From Limisphaerales bacterium (GTDB taxonomy: Bacteria; Verrucomicrobiota; Verrucomicrobiia; Limisphaerales; DSYF01): a DNA stretch of 64,000 nt. This document shows positions 29,601 to 38,436 of this stretch, piece after piece. Position 1 is the stretch's first letter. Every line of letters begins with the position of its first letter. Location of the stretch: positions 29,364 to 93,363 of the forward strand of contig JBKBTZ010000001.1 in the NCBI GenBank assembly GCA_046290825.1, read 5' to 3'. Both the position numbers and the translations under genes were made by a program. The notes below the pieces were generated by a model. It saw nothing but the letters and a program-made list of their open reading frames with translations. It made no database searches and was not told the origin of the DNA.

Positions 29601-30910
29601 TGGCGGAGGCCATCGAGGCCTTGGAAACCGGCGCCCCGCGATTTGCCAAATCCCCGTGGTCGAAAGTGGTAAAGCAGGGAGACGCACAAACCCTGCGCGT
29701 TGAGGCGATCGGCTGGCCCTTGCCGCAAATCCAGTGGCAGCACCAGGGCACCAACTTACCGGGGGCCACCGGCCCGCGGCTCTTCCTCACTAACATCACC
29801 ACCGCCATGGCGGGTGAATACCGCGCCATCGCCTGGAACTCACAGGGCAGCATCACCAGCGCCGTGGGCCGGCTCACCGTGCTCGTCACCAACATGCCGC
29901 CCGTGGTCATCACCCATCCCAAAGACCTCTCCCGCACCAATGGCGCGCGGGCGGTCTTTGGCGCGGGCGTTTCGAGTCTGACGCCCCTCGCCTACCAATG
30001 GCTGCATAACGGCGTCCCGCTTCCCAATGCCACCAACGTCACCGTTGTGCTGACCAACCTCGGCTCCGGGCACGCGGGTTTCTATTCACTCGTCGCCTCG
30101 AACGCGTTTGGGGTGGCCACCAGTTCTCCGGCCCTGTTGTTGGTGGAACCGCCCGGCGGTGCCGTGGCCCCCAGCATCACAATGCAGCCGACCAATCAGG
30201 CGGTCCTCGCGGGTGAAACCGCCGCGTTCGCCGTCACCGCCACCGGCACCACGCCGCTGGCCTACCAATGGTATTTCAACGCGACCAATCCGGTCGGCGG
30301 CAACGTCAATCCGCTGGTGCTGACCAATGTCCAGCCCGGCCAGGCGGGGGATTATCGCGTGGTCGTCGCCAACATTGCGGGCAGCGTGACGAGCGCGGTC
30401 GCCACGCTCTCGGTCGAGGTCGCGGCACCGGTCATCACCGCCGCGCCCACAAATCTCACGGTGGTGCAGGGCCAGTCCGCGCAGTTCACCGTGACCGCCA
30501 CCGGCTCGCTGCCGCTGGCGTATCAATGGTTCTTCAACGAGACCAACCTGCTTGCCGGGGCGACCGCCAGCACGCTTTCGCTCACCAACGTGCAACCGCC
30601 GCAGGTTGGCAGCTACGTCGTGCGCGTGACCAATTCGGTCGGTGCCATCACCAGCCCGCCCGCACTGTTGCTGATTGCCGGGATGCCCAACTACACCAAC
30701 GAGCCGCCCGGGCTGACCGTGGCGTGGCAGGCCCCGGATTTGGTTTTGACGCTCGCGCCCGACAACCGCGCGCGCACCATCCAGGTATCCACGAATCTGG
30801 TGGATTGGGAGGTGTTCACCAACGCCGGGCCGAGCGCTGCGTTTGTCACCGTCCCGGTCGCGGCCACCAATCTGCCGGGCCGGTTCTTCCGCGCCTTCAT
30901 CGTCCCCTGA
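26609..30910 (+). CDS. Giant secreted protein: CBM4_9-like N-terminus + GH123/DUF4091-like core + 4 Ig-like (I-set-like) repeats + C-terminal beta-sandwich-like module (paralog 1)
   Basis: ATG 26609 with signal peptide (LLICITAQLLFLSLAAGQ). NLLPNPSFEAGSGSAPTGW (CBM-like). YSQWIDEP with a D-E pair at 28889-28894. Four roughly 90-aa repeats each carry PL(A)YQW...LTN(V)...G.Y. The tail is STNLVDWEVFTN...RFFRAFIVP*. Confidence 0.7.
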   Translation: MNQKFKSTEGVLLICITAQLLFLSLAAGQNLLPNPSFEAGSGSAPTGWVLLGSGSWASNNAYGGDQSVLVRGVQGQFSYWANHSPAAQPGQAYLCRIRAQQSNNVSGYMIAGFSSVSYDFPRPGFLWSVWHSTTFPAWIPSAAGQPSFRFGLFDAVGGAWFDEVEMYPLRVHRKRVGNYHLGAGEFLHAGHYTNHVKFGLPGGNYTPYLHAANTTFNSFKWYLQNGQYVVFRHELPGTAFTSAGIRSFLQNYNQITNRSLRLEASTNGSAWILVGELEAAGTNQIAVPPALLPTATLYLRFTTTNNLQFGFTGYTLDANVEDTNTTGQGESYYLGEMVSGSNIWISELTATAEGHRASVAILNTNTEPAVFTVRARSTFSQTTRERRASATVNPGQTNTVSVIFPTTGFGDNDAVLVVEDGDGTVVLQSTFTFRGSIIAEDGYGETVVDAPECAVWWCDGTHRVGANRLAPGKTNVAASIVAARNEYEPLQIVFRPKTTLSNLTATLTDFVSVTNPSARIAATNVVLETVGYVPINELDPRDLLSVVGLHADPLEPVSSPLTAPAGTNLSFFVTVYVPREAEAGEYMANFEAQHASGNFSIPVRLRVLNFTLPGHSEQRNAAGLYEQGTWYGFNWATPEQRAQTWELNLLHFARHRISPYYPQSFARIQYTYHPVTDSFTYDFSAFDAAMDRYIEEYNFNSFRDLNPFAALPPIPGVPQYNAQKTAITPEYRRLYIKLMQPIFQHFRERGWMGIAYSQWIDEPTTNQTPLVQQGMDMIQEAAPDQPRLLASLYAPDPDLFGYIDEWVPNWDFGLQTQHIGPLQAAGDRVWYYVATVPKTPWPNNFVDQPAINPRVRQWYAEKQGFVGEDYWAVNWWGDNNPWLDPMARGGSASDGYFRLGNGDGMMIYPPVKSLPTNTAVVAPPVNSIRMANMRDGFEDREYFAHLKRLISNSIPILGPDHPSVIEAQAAIQDALAPLPWTPLNPFEASTLFAARQRVAEAIEALETGAPRFAKSPWSKVVKQGDAQTLRVEAIGWPLPQIQWQHQGTNLPGATGPRLFLTNITTAMAGEYRAIAWNSQGSITSAVGRLTVLVTNMPPVVITHPKDLSRTNGARAVFGAGVSSLTPLAYQWLHNGVPLPNATNVTVVLTNLGSGHAGFYSLVASNAFGVATSSPALLLVEPPGGAVAPSITMQPTNQAVLAGETAAFAVTATGTTPLAYQWYFNATNPVGGNVNPLVLTNVQPGQAGDYRVVVANIAGSVTSAVATLSVEVAAPVITAAPTNLTVVQGQSAQFTVTATGSLPLAYQWFFNETNLLAGATASTLSLTNVQPPQVGSYVVRVTNSVGAITSPPALLLIAGMPNYTNEPPGLTVAWQAPDLVLTLAPDNRARTIQVSTNLVDWEVFTNAGPSAAFVTVPVAATNLPGRFFRAFIVP

Positions 30911-30924
30911 ATCTGAAGTCACCC

Positions 30925-33900
30925 ATGCGGCCCACGAAACACACGAAACGACCCGAAATGGCTTGGGCCGGTAACGCCGCAGAGTTGTGCTCCCGAGGGG
31001 CGAACGTTGTTCCTCGAATCAGTTTCGCGCCCCGCACCAGGTGGGTTGCCCGAAGTTGGCAGGCCGTTCTCGCTTTTCTTGCGGTCGCCGGGTGGACGGC
31101 CTCTGTGTCCGCTCAAAATCTCGCGCCGAACCCGTCGTTCGAGGCGGGTGTCACCACTCCCGAGCCGTGGACGCCCGTGGGGGCGGGGGCGTGGGAAAAC
31201 TTTGGCCGGACGGGCAACCGCTGCGTTTCCATCCTGGGCGAGGCGGGGGTGACCCGCGGTTGGTCGGGGCCGCTTACCCTCGACGCGCAGCGCGGCTATT
31301 GGGTCCGGTTTTGGGCCAGCGCGTCCAACGCGCTCAGTGGTTATCTTTACGGCGGCCTGTCCACCGCAAGCCGGGATTTCCGCCGCGCCAGCCGCCGGTG
31401 GTCGGACTTCGCCTACGCCGCGTGGGTGCCGGCTGGCGAACCGCCGCAATTCCGAATGATGTCCTCGGGCACCATCGGACCGATTTATTTCGACGACGCG
31501 GAGGTGCTGCCTTTGGTGGAAGTCCACCGCCCCGTCGGGGATTACGAACTGGGCGAGGGGGAAAGCCTGCGCGCAGGCACCTATCGTTTCCAAGCTCCCT
31601 TCGCCTCGTTCGGCGGCAACTGCGCCCGGCCCTTGCACGCCGCCAACACCGCGTTCAATACCTACCGCTGGTATTTCAATCCCGGCTCCGTAGTCATCTA
31701 CCGCCACGAACTCGCCGGGCAGCCCTTCTCGAACGCGGTCGTGGGCTTCCAGCTACAGAATTACAACAACCTTAACAACACGACCCTCCTCCTCGAGGCG
31801 GGCACGGACGGGACCAACTGGCTCCCTGTCGGCTCCGTCGCGCAATACATCGCCGGCAATTTTCCCGTGCCTGCCGAACTGCTGCCCGCGCCGGTCGTTT
31901 TCATCCGCCTGCGCAGCACCAACGCCAGCCAGTTCTCGCTCGCCGGCTACTCGTTCACGGCGCAGGTGCCCGACACGGTCACCGACGCCACCGGCACCAC
32001 TCATTACTTTGGCCGGCTGCATCCCGGCGACGACGTGCGCGTGTTGGACGTGAGTCTCACCGCCACCGGACGGGTGGCCACGCTGGCCGTGCCCAATTTC
32101 ACCGCCAGTCCGCGCCCGTTCACCTGCGAGGCGGTCACGACACTGCTGGCCGTGGAACGCGCTCGCGTCGTTAGCATGACCGTGCCGCCCTTGGCCACCA
32201 ACCTCGTCCAGTTGCCGCTGCCCACCGCCGGTGCAGGGGACAACACCACCGTCCTGACCGTCCGCGACGCCGCCACCAACATTGTGTTCCAGCAGATTCA
32301 CCGCTTCACCGTGCAATTCCTCGATGATGACAGCTTTGGCGAGCGTTTGCCGTCGCCAGCGGAGTGCCCGGTCTGGACCTGCTCCGGCAATTACAAGGTG
32401 GGACGAAATCGCGGCCTGCCCGTGGGCACCACCAATGCCGTCCGGCTCGCTTTGGCCCGGAACGAATACGAACCCTTCCAACTGATCCTGCGCCCGCCCG
32501 CGACGCTCAGCAACGTCTGGGTGAGCGTCGGCAACTTCGTCTCCGTGACCAATCCCGCGGTCAGCTTCAGTGCCACCAACGTCACGATTGACCGCGTGGA
32601 CTACGTGAACGTCAGTGTCCCGGATCCCGGGAATTTCGCTGCCGCGTTGGGCGACCATCCCGACCCGCTGCCGCCGCTGACCGCGCCGTTCACCGCGCCG
32701 GGCGGCACGAACAGCCCGCTGTGGTTCACCGTGTATGCGCCGAAGGATGTGCCCGCCGGCGAATACGCCGCCACCCTCACGGTGCAGCACCACGACGGCA
32801 GCTTCACCGTGCCGCTGGTAGTCCGGGTGTTTGACTTCGCCCTCACCGACGTCAGCCACACACGCACGGCCTACGGGCTGATGCCGCTGGAGGACTGGCA
32901 CGGCCTGCAATGGGCCACGCCGGAGCAGGTCCGGCAGGTTTGGGACTTGTATCTCCGCAACATGGCGCGGCACCGGGCCAGCCCGTATTACCCGCAGCTT
33001 TATTCGGCCGTGCAATACACCTACCAGCCGGGCACGGACAGCTTCACCCACAACTTTGGCCCCTTCAGTGCCGCGATGGACGAATACCTCGAGGAATACC
33101 ACTTCAACAGCTTTCGCGACCTCAGCTTCTATTCCGGTTTCCCGCAGATTCCGGGTGTGCCCACATTCACCCCGGACGGGCTGACGATTCATCCCGAATA
33201 CTGGCGGCTCTATCCGAAACTGATGCAGCCGGTGTTTCAGCATTTCCGCGAGCGCGGTTGGATGGGCACCGCCTTTGCCCAGTGGATTGACGAGCCGGCC
33301 GCCGCCCAGATGCCGCTCGTTCGCCTGGGCATGGAACTGATTCAGAACACCGCGCCCGACCACGACACTCTGCTGGCCACCTTCTTCGGCCCCGTCGCCG
33401 AACTGTTCGATTTAGTCACGCTGTGGGTGCCGCACTGGGACTTCGATATGTATTTCGAGCACGTGGCACCTCGCCGGGCCGCCGGGGACGAGGTGTGGTA
33501 TTACGTTTGCACCATCCCGAAGGATCCCTGGCCCAACAGCTTCATTGACCAGGCCGGCGTCGCGCCCCGCCTGCGACAGTGGTATGCCGAGCTGTGGCAG
33601 TTGGATGGCGAAGATTATTGGGGGGCCAACCACTACATCGGCATCACCAACCCGTGGGTCCAGACCATGAGCCGGTTCGGCAACGCGACCAACGGCTACT
33701 ACAACCTCGGCCACGGCGACGGCTACGTGCTGTATCCGCCGGTCCGCGAGAAACCCACCAACACCGTCATCGTCGCCGGCCCCGTCAACTCCGTCCGCTT
33801 CGAGACCGTGCGCGATGGTTACGAGGACCGCGAATATTTCTGGCTGTTGCAACGGGCGCTGGTCGCCCGGGAGCCGGTCCTCGGCACGAATCATCCCGCC

Positions 33901-35310
33901 GTCGTCGAGGCCCGCGCCGCCTATGCCGAGGCCATGGGCCTGCTTCCGTGGCCGCCCATCCTGCCCCATGAACCGCACCGGCTGGCCGCCTCCCGGCTCC
34001 GCGTGGCCGAGGCCATCGAGGCGCTCGATGACGGCGCACCCTTTATTGCCAAGGACCCGCTGAACAAGGTCTGTCGGCCGGGCGAAAATCAGACGTTGCG
34101 CGTCGAGGCGGTCGGCTGGCCGTTGCCCTCGCTGCAATGGCAGCGCAACGGCACCAATCTCCCCGGCGCCACGGAACGGCGGCTCGTGCTGACCAGCCTC
34201 ACCGCCGCGCACACCGGCGACTACCGCGTCATCGCCAGCAACGCGCACGGCAGCGTCACCAGCGCCGTGGGCCGGCTAACCGTGCTCCTCACCAACGACC
34301 TCCCGCTGTTCGTCGCGCAGCCGAAATCGCTCCATCGGGGTTACGGCACGCGCGCCGTCTTCGGCGGCGGCGTGTCGAGCCTCACGCCGCTGACCTATCA
34401 ATGGCTGAAGAACGGCGCGCTGCTGTCCGGCGAGACCAACACCACGCTTGTGTTGACCAACCTCAACGACACGCACGCCGGGACCTACGCGCTCATCGCC
34501 AGCAACGCCAACGGCAGCCTGACCAGCGCGCCTGCCATCCTGACCGTTGCGGCTCCGCCCGGCTCCGTGCCGCCGCAGGTAATCGCGCCGCCCGTCAGCC
34601 AGACCGTCAACGCCGGCTCGAACGTGACGTTCACCGTCAGCGCGAGTGGCACGACCCCGCTGAACTACCAATGGCGTTTCCACGGCACGAATCTGCCGGG
34701 CGCTACCGCCACCAATCTCAGCTTCACGAACGTCCAGCCCTTCCGCGCCGGCCCTTACGACGTGGTCATTGGCAACGTCGCCGGCTGGGCCACCAGCGCC
34801 GTGGCCACGCTCACCGTGCAGACGTTCGCGCCCTATCTGACCCTGTCCCCGTCGAACCTGACCCTCGCCCAAAACCAGAACGCGCAATTCACCGCCGCGG
34901 CGGGCGGTTCGCCGCCGCTGGCGTTCCAGTGGTTTTTCAACGGCACCAACGCCCTGCCCGGCGCGACCGCCCCGAGCTTGTTGCTGACCAACGTCCAGCC
35001 CGCGCAAACGGGGAATTACGCCCTGCGCGTCACCAACCTTTACGGCGCGATCACCAGCACGCCCGCGCTGCTGCAACTCTCGGGCATGCCCGGCTACACC
35101 ACCGAGCCGCCCGGCATTACGGCGCTGCGGCAGGGCGGTTTCCAGCTTGGGCTGCTGCCGGACAACCGCGCCCGCACCGTGCTGGTTTCCACCAATCTTC
35201 AAGACTGGACCTGGTTCACCAACGTCCCGCCCTCGGCGGCGCAGGAGAATTTGCCCGTGCCCCTCACCAACGCCCCGCGCCGATTCTTCCGTGTCTTCGT
35301 CACGCCATGA
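30925..35310 (+). CDS. Giant secreted protein, tandem paralog 2 with the same architecture
   Basis: Collinear with paralog 1 throughout: QNLAPNPSFEAG, FAQWIDEP (D-E at 33289-33294), four Ig-like repeats, and the tail STNLQDWTWFTN...RFFRVFVTP*. Start at ATG 30925 (alternative 30958). Confidence 0.7.
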   Translation: MRPTKHTKRPEMAWAGNAAELCSRGANVVPRISFAPRTRWVARSWQAVLAFLAVAGWTASVSAQNLAPNPSFEAGVTTPEPWTPVGAGAWENFGRTGNRCVSILGEAGVTRGWSGPLTLDAQRGYWVRFWASASNALSGYLYGGLSTASRDFRRASRRWSDFAYAAWVPAGEPPQFRMMSSGTIGPIYFDDAEVLPLVEVHRPVGDYELGEGESLRAGTYRFQAPFASFGGNCARPLHAANTAFNTYRWYFNPGSVVIYRHELAGQPFSNAVVGFQLQNYNNLNNTTLLLEAGTDGTNWLPVGSVAQYIAGNFPVPAELLPAPVVFIRLRSTNASQFSLAGYSFTAQVPDTVTDATGTTHYFGRLHPGDDVRVLDVSLTATGRVATLAVPNFTASPRPFTCEAVTTLLAVERARVVSMTVPPLATNLVQLPLPTAGAGDNTTVLTVRDAATNIVFQQIHRFTVQFLDDDSFGERLPSPAECPVWTCSGNYKVGRNRGLPVGTTNAVRLALARNEYEPFQLILRPPATLSNVWVSVGNFVSVTNPAVSFSATNVTIDRVDYVNVSVPDPGNFAAALGDHPDPLPPLTAPFTAPGGTNSPLWFTVYAPKDVPAGEYAATLTVQHHDGSFTVPLVVRVFDFALTDVSHTRTAYGLMPLEDWHGLQWATPEQVRQVWDLYLRNMARHRASPYYPQLYSAVQYTYQPGTDSFTHNFGPFSAAMDEYLEEYHFNSFRDLSFYSGFPQIPGVPTFTPDGLTIHPEYWRLYPKLMQPVFQHFRERGWMGTAFAQWIDEPAAAQMPLVRLGMELIQNTAPDHDTLLATFFGPVAELFDLVTLWVPHWDFDMYFEHVAPRRAAGDEVWYYVCTIPKDPWPNSFIDQAGVAPRLRQWYAELWQLDGEDYWGANHYIGITNPWVQTMSRFGNATNGYYNLGHGDGYVLYPPVREKPTNTVIVAGPVNSVRFETVRDGYEDREYFWLLQRALVAREPVLGTNHPAVVEARAAYAEAMGLLPWPPILPHEPHRLAASRLRVAEAIEALDDGAPFIAKDPLNKVCRPGENQTLRVEAVGWPLPSLQWQRNGTNLPGATERRLVLTSLTAAHTGDYRVIASNAHGSVTSAVGRLTVLLTNDLPLFVAQPKSLHRGYGTRAVFGGGVSSLTPLTYQWLKNGALLSGETNTTLVLTNLNDTHAGTYALIASNANGSLTSAPAILTVAAPPGSVPPQVIAPPVSQTVNAGSNVTFTVSASGTTPLNYQWRFHGTNLPGATATNLSFTNVQPFRAGPYDVVIGNVAGWATSAVATLTVQTFAPYLTLSPSNLTLAQNQNAQFTAAAGGSPPLAFQWFFNGTNALPGATAPSLLLTNVQPAQTGNYALRVTNLYGAITSTPALLQLSGMPGYTTEPPGITALRQGGFQLGLLPDNRARTVLVSTNLQDWTWFTNVPPSAAQENLPVPLTNAPRRFFRVFVTP

Positions 35311-36425
35311 CCACGAAACTCCGCCGCTGGCTGGCCGGCCTGGCCCTCGTCGGGCTGGTCGCGCACGGCACGCGGAGCGGGGCGCAGGACTTCCTCACCT
35401 GCGGCTGGGACGAGGTGCGGCAGATGCGGCTGGACGGCACCAACCTCGTCACGCTCTGGAGCTGGAACGCGACGAACAGCGACCTGCCCGCCGCATTTCG
35501 CGCGCGGTTCACCACCACCTCCGAAGCCAGGCCGCTCCCCGGCGGCGCGGTGCTCGTCACCTCGTCTGGCGGCGACTCGCTGGACGGCGGGGTGGCGTTG
35601 ATCCGGCCCGGAACCAGCCATGTTTCCTTTTACGCCCGGGGACCGAACGCGCACTCGGCGGAGTTGCTGCCCGGCCACCGCATCGCCGCCGCCTTCTCGT
35701 ATCATCCCGACGGCAACCGCGTGGCCCTGTTCGACCTGGCGCAACCGGACGTGGAATTGTTCAGCACACCGTTGTGGGCGGCGCACGGGCTGGTTTGGGA
35801 TGAAGCCCGACAACGCCTCTGGGCGCTGGCGGATTCCTTCCTCCAGGCCTATGCGTTGACCAACTGGAACACGACCCCGCAGTTGGTGGCGACGGACTGG
35901 ATCGGGCTGCCCTCCGGCGGCGGGCATGACCTGGCGGCGGTGCCGGACAGCCCGGAGATGATCGTCACCACCGACACGCACGTCTGGCTGTTCCACCGCG
36001 ATACGCGCGCCTTCCGCAAACATCCGCTACTGGGCGACACACCCGCGGTGAAGAGCGTCAGCGTCGCGCCGGATTCCGGGCGGACCTTGTTTGTGCAGGC
36101 CGACGGCCCGTGGTGGTCGGAATGGCTGCGGTTCCTGAATCCGCCGTTGGCGGCGCGTTTTCCCGGTGATCATTTCTACAAGGCGCGCTGGCTGGCCGTT
36201 TCGCGCCCGGCGCTGGCCATCCGCCGGACTCCATCCGCCGGGTTGACCATCTCCTGGCCGGCCAGATGGGCCGAATACCAAATAGAAGCCGCGCCCGGAT
36301 TGACCGCTACCAACTGGTCGGTGCCGCCCGAGCCGGTGTGGAATGACGGCACCAATTGCATCCTGTTCCTCGAACCACCATTTTCGCAGGAGCGCTGGTT
36401 CCGGCTGCGTTCCACGCAGCCTTGA
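35307..36425 (+). CDS. Secreted hypothetical protein, translationally coupled to paralog 2
   Basis: ATG 35307 overlaps the paralog-2 stop (ATGA at 35307-35310). Signal peptide MTTKLRRWLAGLALVGLVAHGTRSGAQ. The repetitive strand-like pattern suggests a beta-propeller or beta-rich fold. The tail ...NWSV...RWFRLRSTQP* resembles the shared C-terminal module. Confidence 0.55.
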   Translation: MTTKLRRWLAGLALVGLVAHGTRSGAQDFLTCGWDEVRQMRLDGTNLVTLWSWNATNSDLPAAFRARFTTTSEARPLPGGAVLVTSSGGDSLDGGVALIRPGTSHVSFYARGPNAHSAELLPGHRIAAAFSYHPDGNRVALFDLAQPDVELFSTPLWAAHGLVWDEARQRLWALADSFLQAYALTNWNTTPQLVATDWIGLPSGGGHDLAAVPDSPEMIVTTDTHVWLFHRDTRAFRKHPLLGDTPAVKSVSVAPDSGRTLFVQADGPWWSEWLRFLNPPLAARFPGDHFYKARWLAVSRPALAIRRTPSAGLTISWPARWAEYQIEAAPGLTATNWSVPPEPVWNDGTNCILFLEPPFSQERWFRLRSTQP

Positions 36426-36448
36426 GCCCCGGTTCGGTCCGGTGCCCT

Positions 36449-37030
36449 TCAACCCGCTGCCGCGTATTCTTCGTCGGTCTTCAAATCCAACCCCATGAGC
36501 AGGTAGTCGTGGGTCTGCCGGGTCATGTCTATGACGTAGTCAGGCAGCAACCAGAGCTGACGGAAGCCGAGCGTCTCGAGCGAACGAATGGCGATCTTGC
36601 GTTCGGCGGTCAGTTCTGCCTCCAGTTTCCAAAGCCCCAGAAAGCGGGCCGCACTGATAATCTCTTCCACTAGGCGGAGGGAGACGTCGCGTCCCCGGTA
36701 GTTCGGGTGCGTCAGCAGCGTGATGCGGCCGATGTGCCGCCGCCAGCCGCCCTGGCGCTGGTGCAGATTGATCCAGCCGATGATTTTCGCGCCGTGCAGC
36801 ATGAGGAGCGTGAAATCCTGGTTGGGGTCAATCTTCGCGCACGTCTGGGTGAAGAACTTCTTGTCCGTCACGGGCCGTTCGATGAACAGGCGCTCCGGCT
36901 CGGGCACCGCGTAGAAGAATTTTTGGAGGGCGGCGGCGTCGCGTTTGCCCAGCGGGCGGATGGTCACGGCGGTGCCGTCCTTCAGGCGGGTCTTGAGCGG
37001 GTATCTTTCGAGGACGAATTCGAGCGACAT
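36449..37030 (-). CDS. GNAT-family N-acetyltransferase
   Basis: 193 aa with the Q/RxxGxG/A-type acetyl-CoA block (HQRQGGWRRHIG) and a GNAT-like layout. Confidence 0.7.
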   Translation of the reverse strand: MSLEFVLERYPLKTRLKDGTAVTIRPLGKRDAAALQKFFYAVPEPERLFIERPVTDKKFFTQTCAKIDPNQDFTLLMLHGAKIIGWINLHQRQGGWRRHIGRITLLTHPNYRGRDVSLRLVEEIISAARFLGLWKLEAELTAERKIAIRSLETLGFRQLWLLPDYVIDMTRQTHDYLLMGLDLKTDEEYAAAG

Positions 37031-37197
37031 GGGTTTCCTTTGGTTGGTGTTCTACGCGCCTCAGCGTAGCGGCAAAGCAGCCGGCGACTCCACATTATTT
37101 GCCGGGGATGCGCCGGGGATTGCTCACCCGGGCGGGGGCGGCCGCGACCCGGAAATTGCGTTTTGAACTCCCTCCGCCCCCCGCCTAAGCTCTGGCC

Positions 37198-37764
37198 ATG
37201 ACCAAATTGCAGCAGGCCATCCGCGAGAGCGTCGCCCTCACCGAGTCCCTCGCCGCCTTCGAGGGGCCGTTGGAACGTGCCGCCGGGCTGGTGCGCGACG
37301 CCCTCCGCGCCGGCCGCAAATTGCTCGTCTGCGGCAACGGTGGCAGCGCCTCCGATGCCACGCATTTCGCCACCGAATACCTCTGCCGCTTCCAGGGCGA
37401 CCGCCGCCCCTACCCCGCGCTCTCGCTGACGGCCAACGGCGAATTCATGACCGCCGTCTGCAACGATTATCACGCGGACGAAATCTTTGCCCGCCAGGTC
37501 TGGGGCCTGGGCGAACGGGGCGACGTGCTGCTGTCGTTCACCACGAGCGGCAAGTCCCGCAACGTCCTGCGTGCCATCGAGGAGGCAAACCGGCGCGGCC
37601 TCGTGACCGTCAGTTTCCTCGGGCGCGACGGCGGTTTCACCCGGGGGTTTTCCACGGTGGACCTCATCGTGCCCGGCCCGTCCACCGCGCGGATTCAGGA
37701 GGCGCAGAAGCTTCTCTTCCACGTCCTCTGCGAAATCGTCGAGGAGCAACTGCCGCGGGAGTGA
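37198..37764 (+). CDS. gmhA: D-sedoheptulose-7-phosphate isomerase (SIS domain)
   Basis: LLVCGNGGSASDATHFATE and SFTTSGKSRNVL motifs. 188 aa. Confidence 0.8.
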   Translation: MTKLQQAIRESVALTESLAAFEGPLERAAGLVRDALRAGRKLLVCGNGGSASDATHFATEYLCRFQGDRRPYPALSLTANGEFMTAVCNDYHADEIFARQVWGLGERGDVLLSFTTSGKSRNVLRAIEEANRRGLVTVSFLGRDGGFTRGFSTVDLIVPGPSTARIQEAQKLLFHVLCEIVEEQLPRE

Positions 37765-37779
37765 AGTGGGAACGGGCGG

Positions 37780-38436
37780 TCAAAGCGGCACGCCGAACAA
37801 CCGGGCCAGCAAGACGAAGGTCACCCCCGTGACCATGCCCAGGACTTCGCGCACCAGCGGAATCTGCAGCACCACGATGAGAATGAGGAACCCCCATTGC
37901 GCCAGCCGCGCAAAGGTCTCGTAGCTCATGCCCGTAACCACGCGCATCACCTGCGAGCCGTCGAGCGGCGGGATGGGGATGAGATTGAAGAAGCAGAGCA
38001 GCAGGCTGAGGTGGGCCATTTGCAGGCAGAAAAGCGCCGGCGCCTCCGCATTGGCCATCACGCCCAGTCGTGCCAGCCCCATCAGCACGATGGCCAGCAG
38101 CACGTTCATCCACGGCCCGGCGAGCGTCACGAGAATGTCATCCACCTTGGGGTTGCGCAGGTTGTAGGGGTTGACGGGCACCGGTTTGGCCCAGCCGATG
38201 AGAAAACGCCCCAGTCCTGAGCCGCTCATCGTCAGAAAGATCATCGCCAGCGGGATGATGACGGTGCCAATAACGTCAATGTGGACCAGCGGGTTCAGCG
38301 AGACGCGCCCCTGGCTTTTCGCCGTGTCGTCGCCGCACTTCAACGCCATCCAGGCGTGGCCGAACTCGTGGAAGGTGAGCAGCACCACCAGTCCCACCCA
38401 CCACGTCAGTCCGTCAAGAATCACGTTCAAATCCAT
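37780..38436 (-). CDS. Site-2 protease family (peptidase M50) membrane metalloprotease
   Basis: HEFGHAWMA (HExxH) in the first TM region, several TM segments, and NLIPIPPLDG. Confidence 0.8.
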   Translation of the reverse strand: MDLNVILDGLTWWVGLVVLLTFHEFGHAWMALKCGDDTAKSQGRVSLNPLVHIDVIGTVIIPLAMIFLTMSGSGLGRFLIGWAKPVPVNPYNLRNPKVDDILVTLAGPWMNVLLAIVLMGLARLGVMANAEAPALFCLQMAHLSLLLCFFNLIPIPPLDGSQVMRVVTGMSYETFARLAQWGFLILIVVLQIPLVREVLGMVTGVTFVLLARLFGVPL

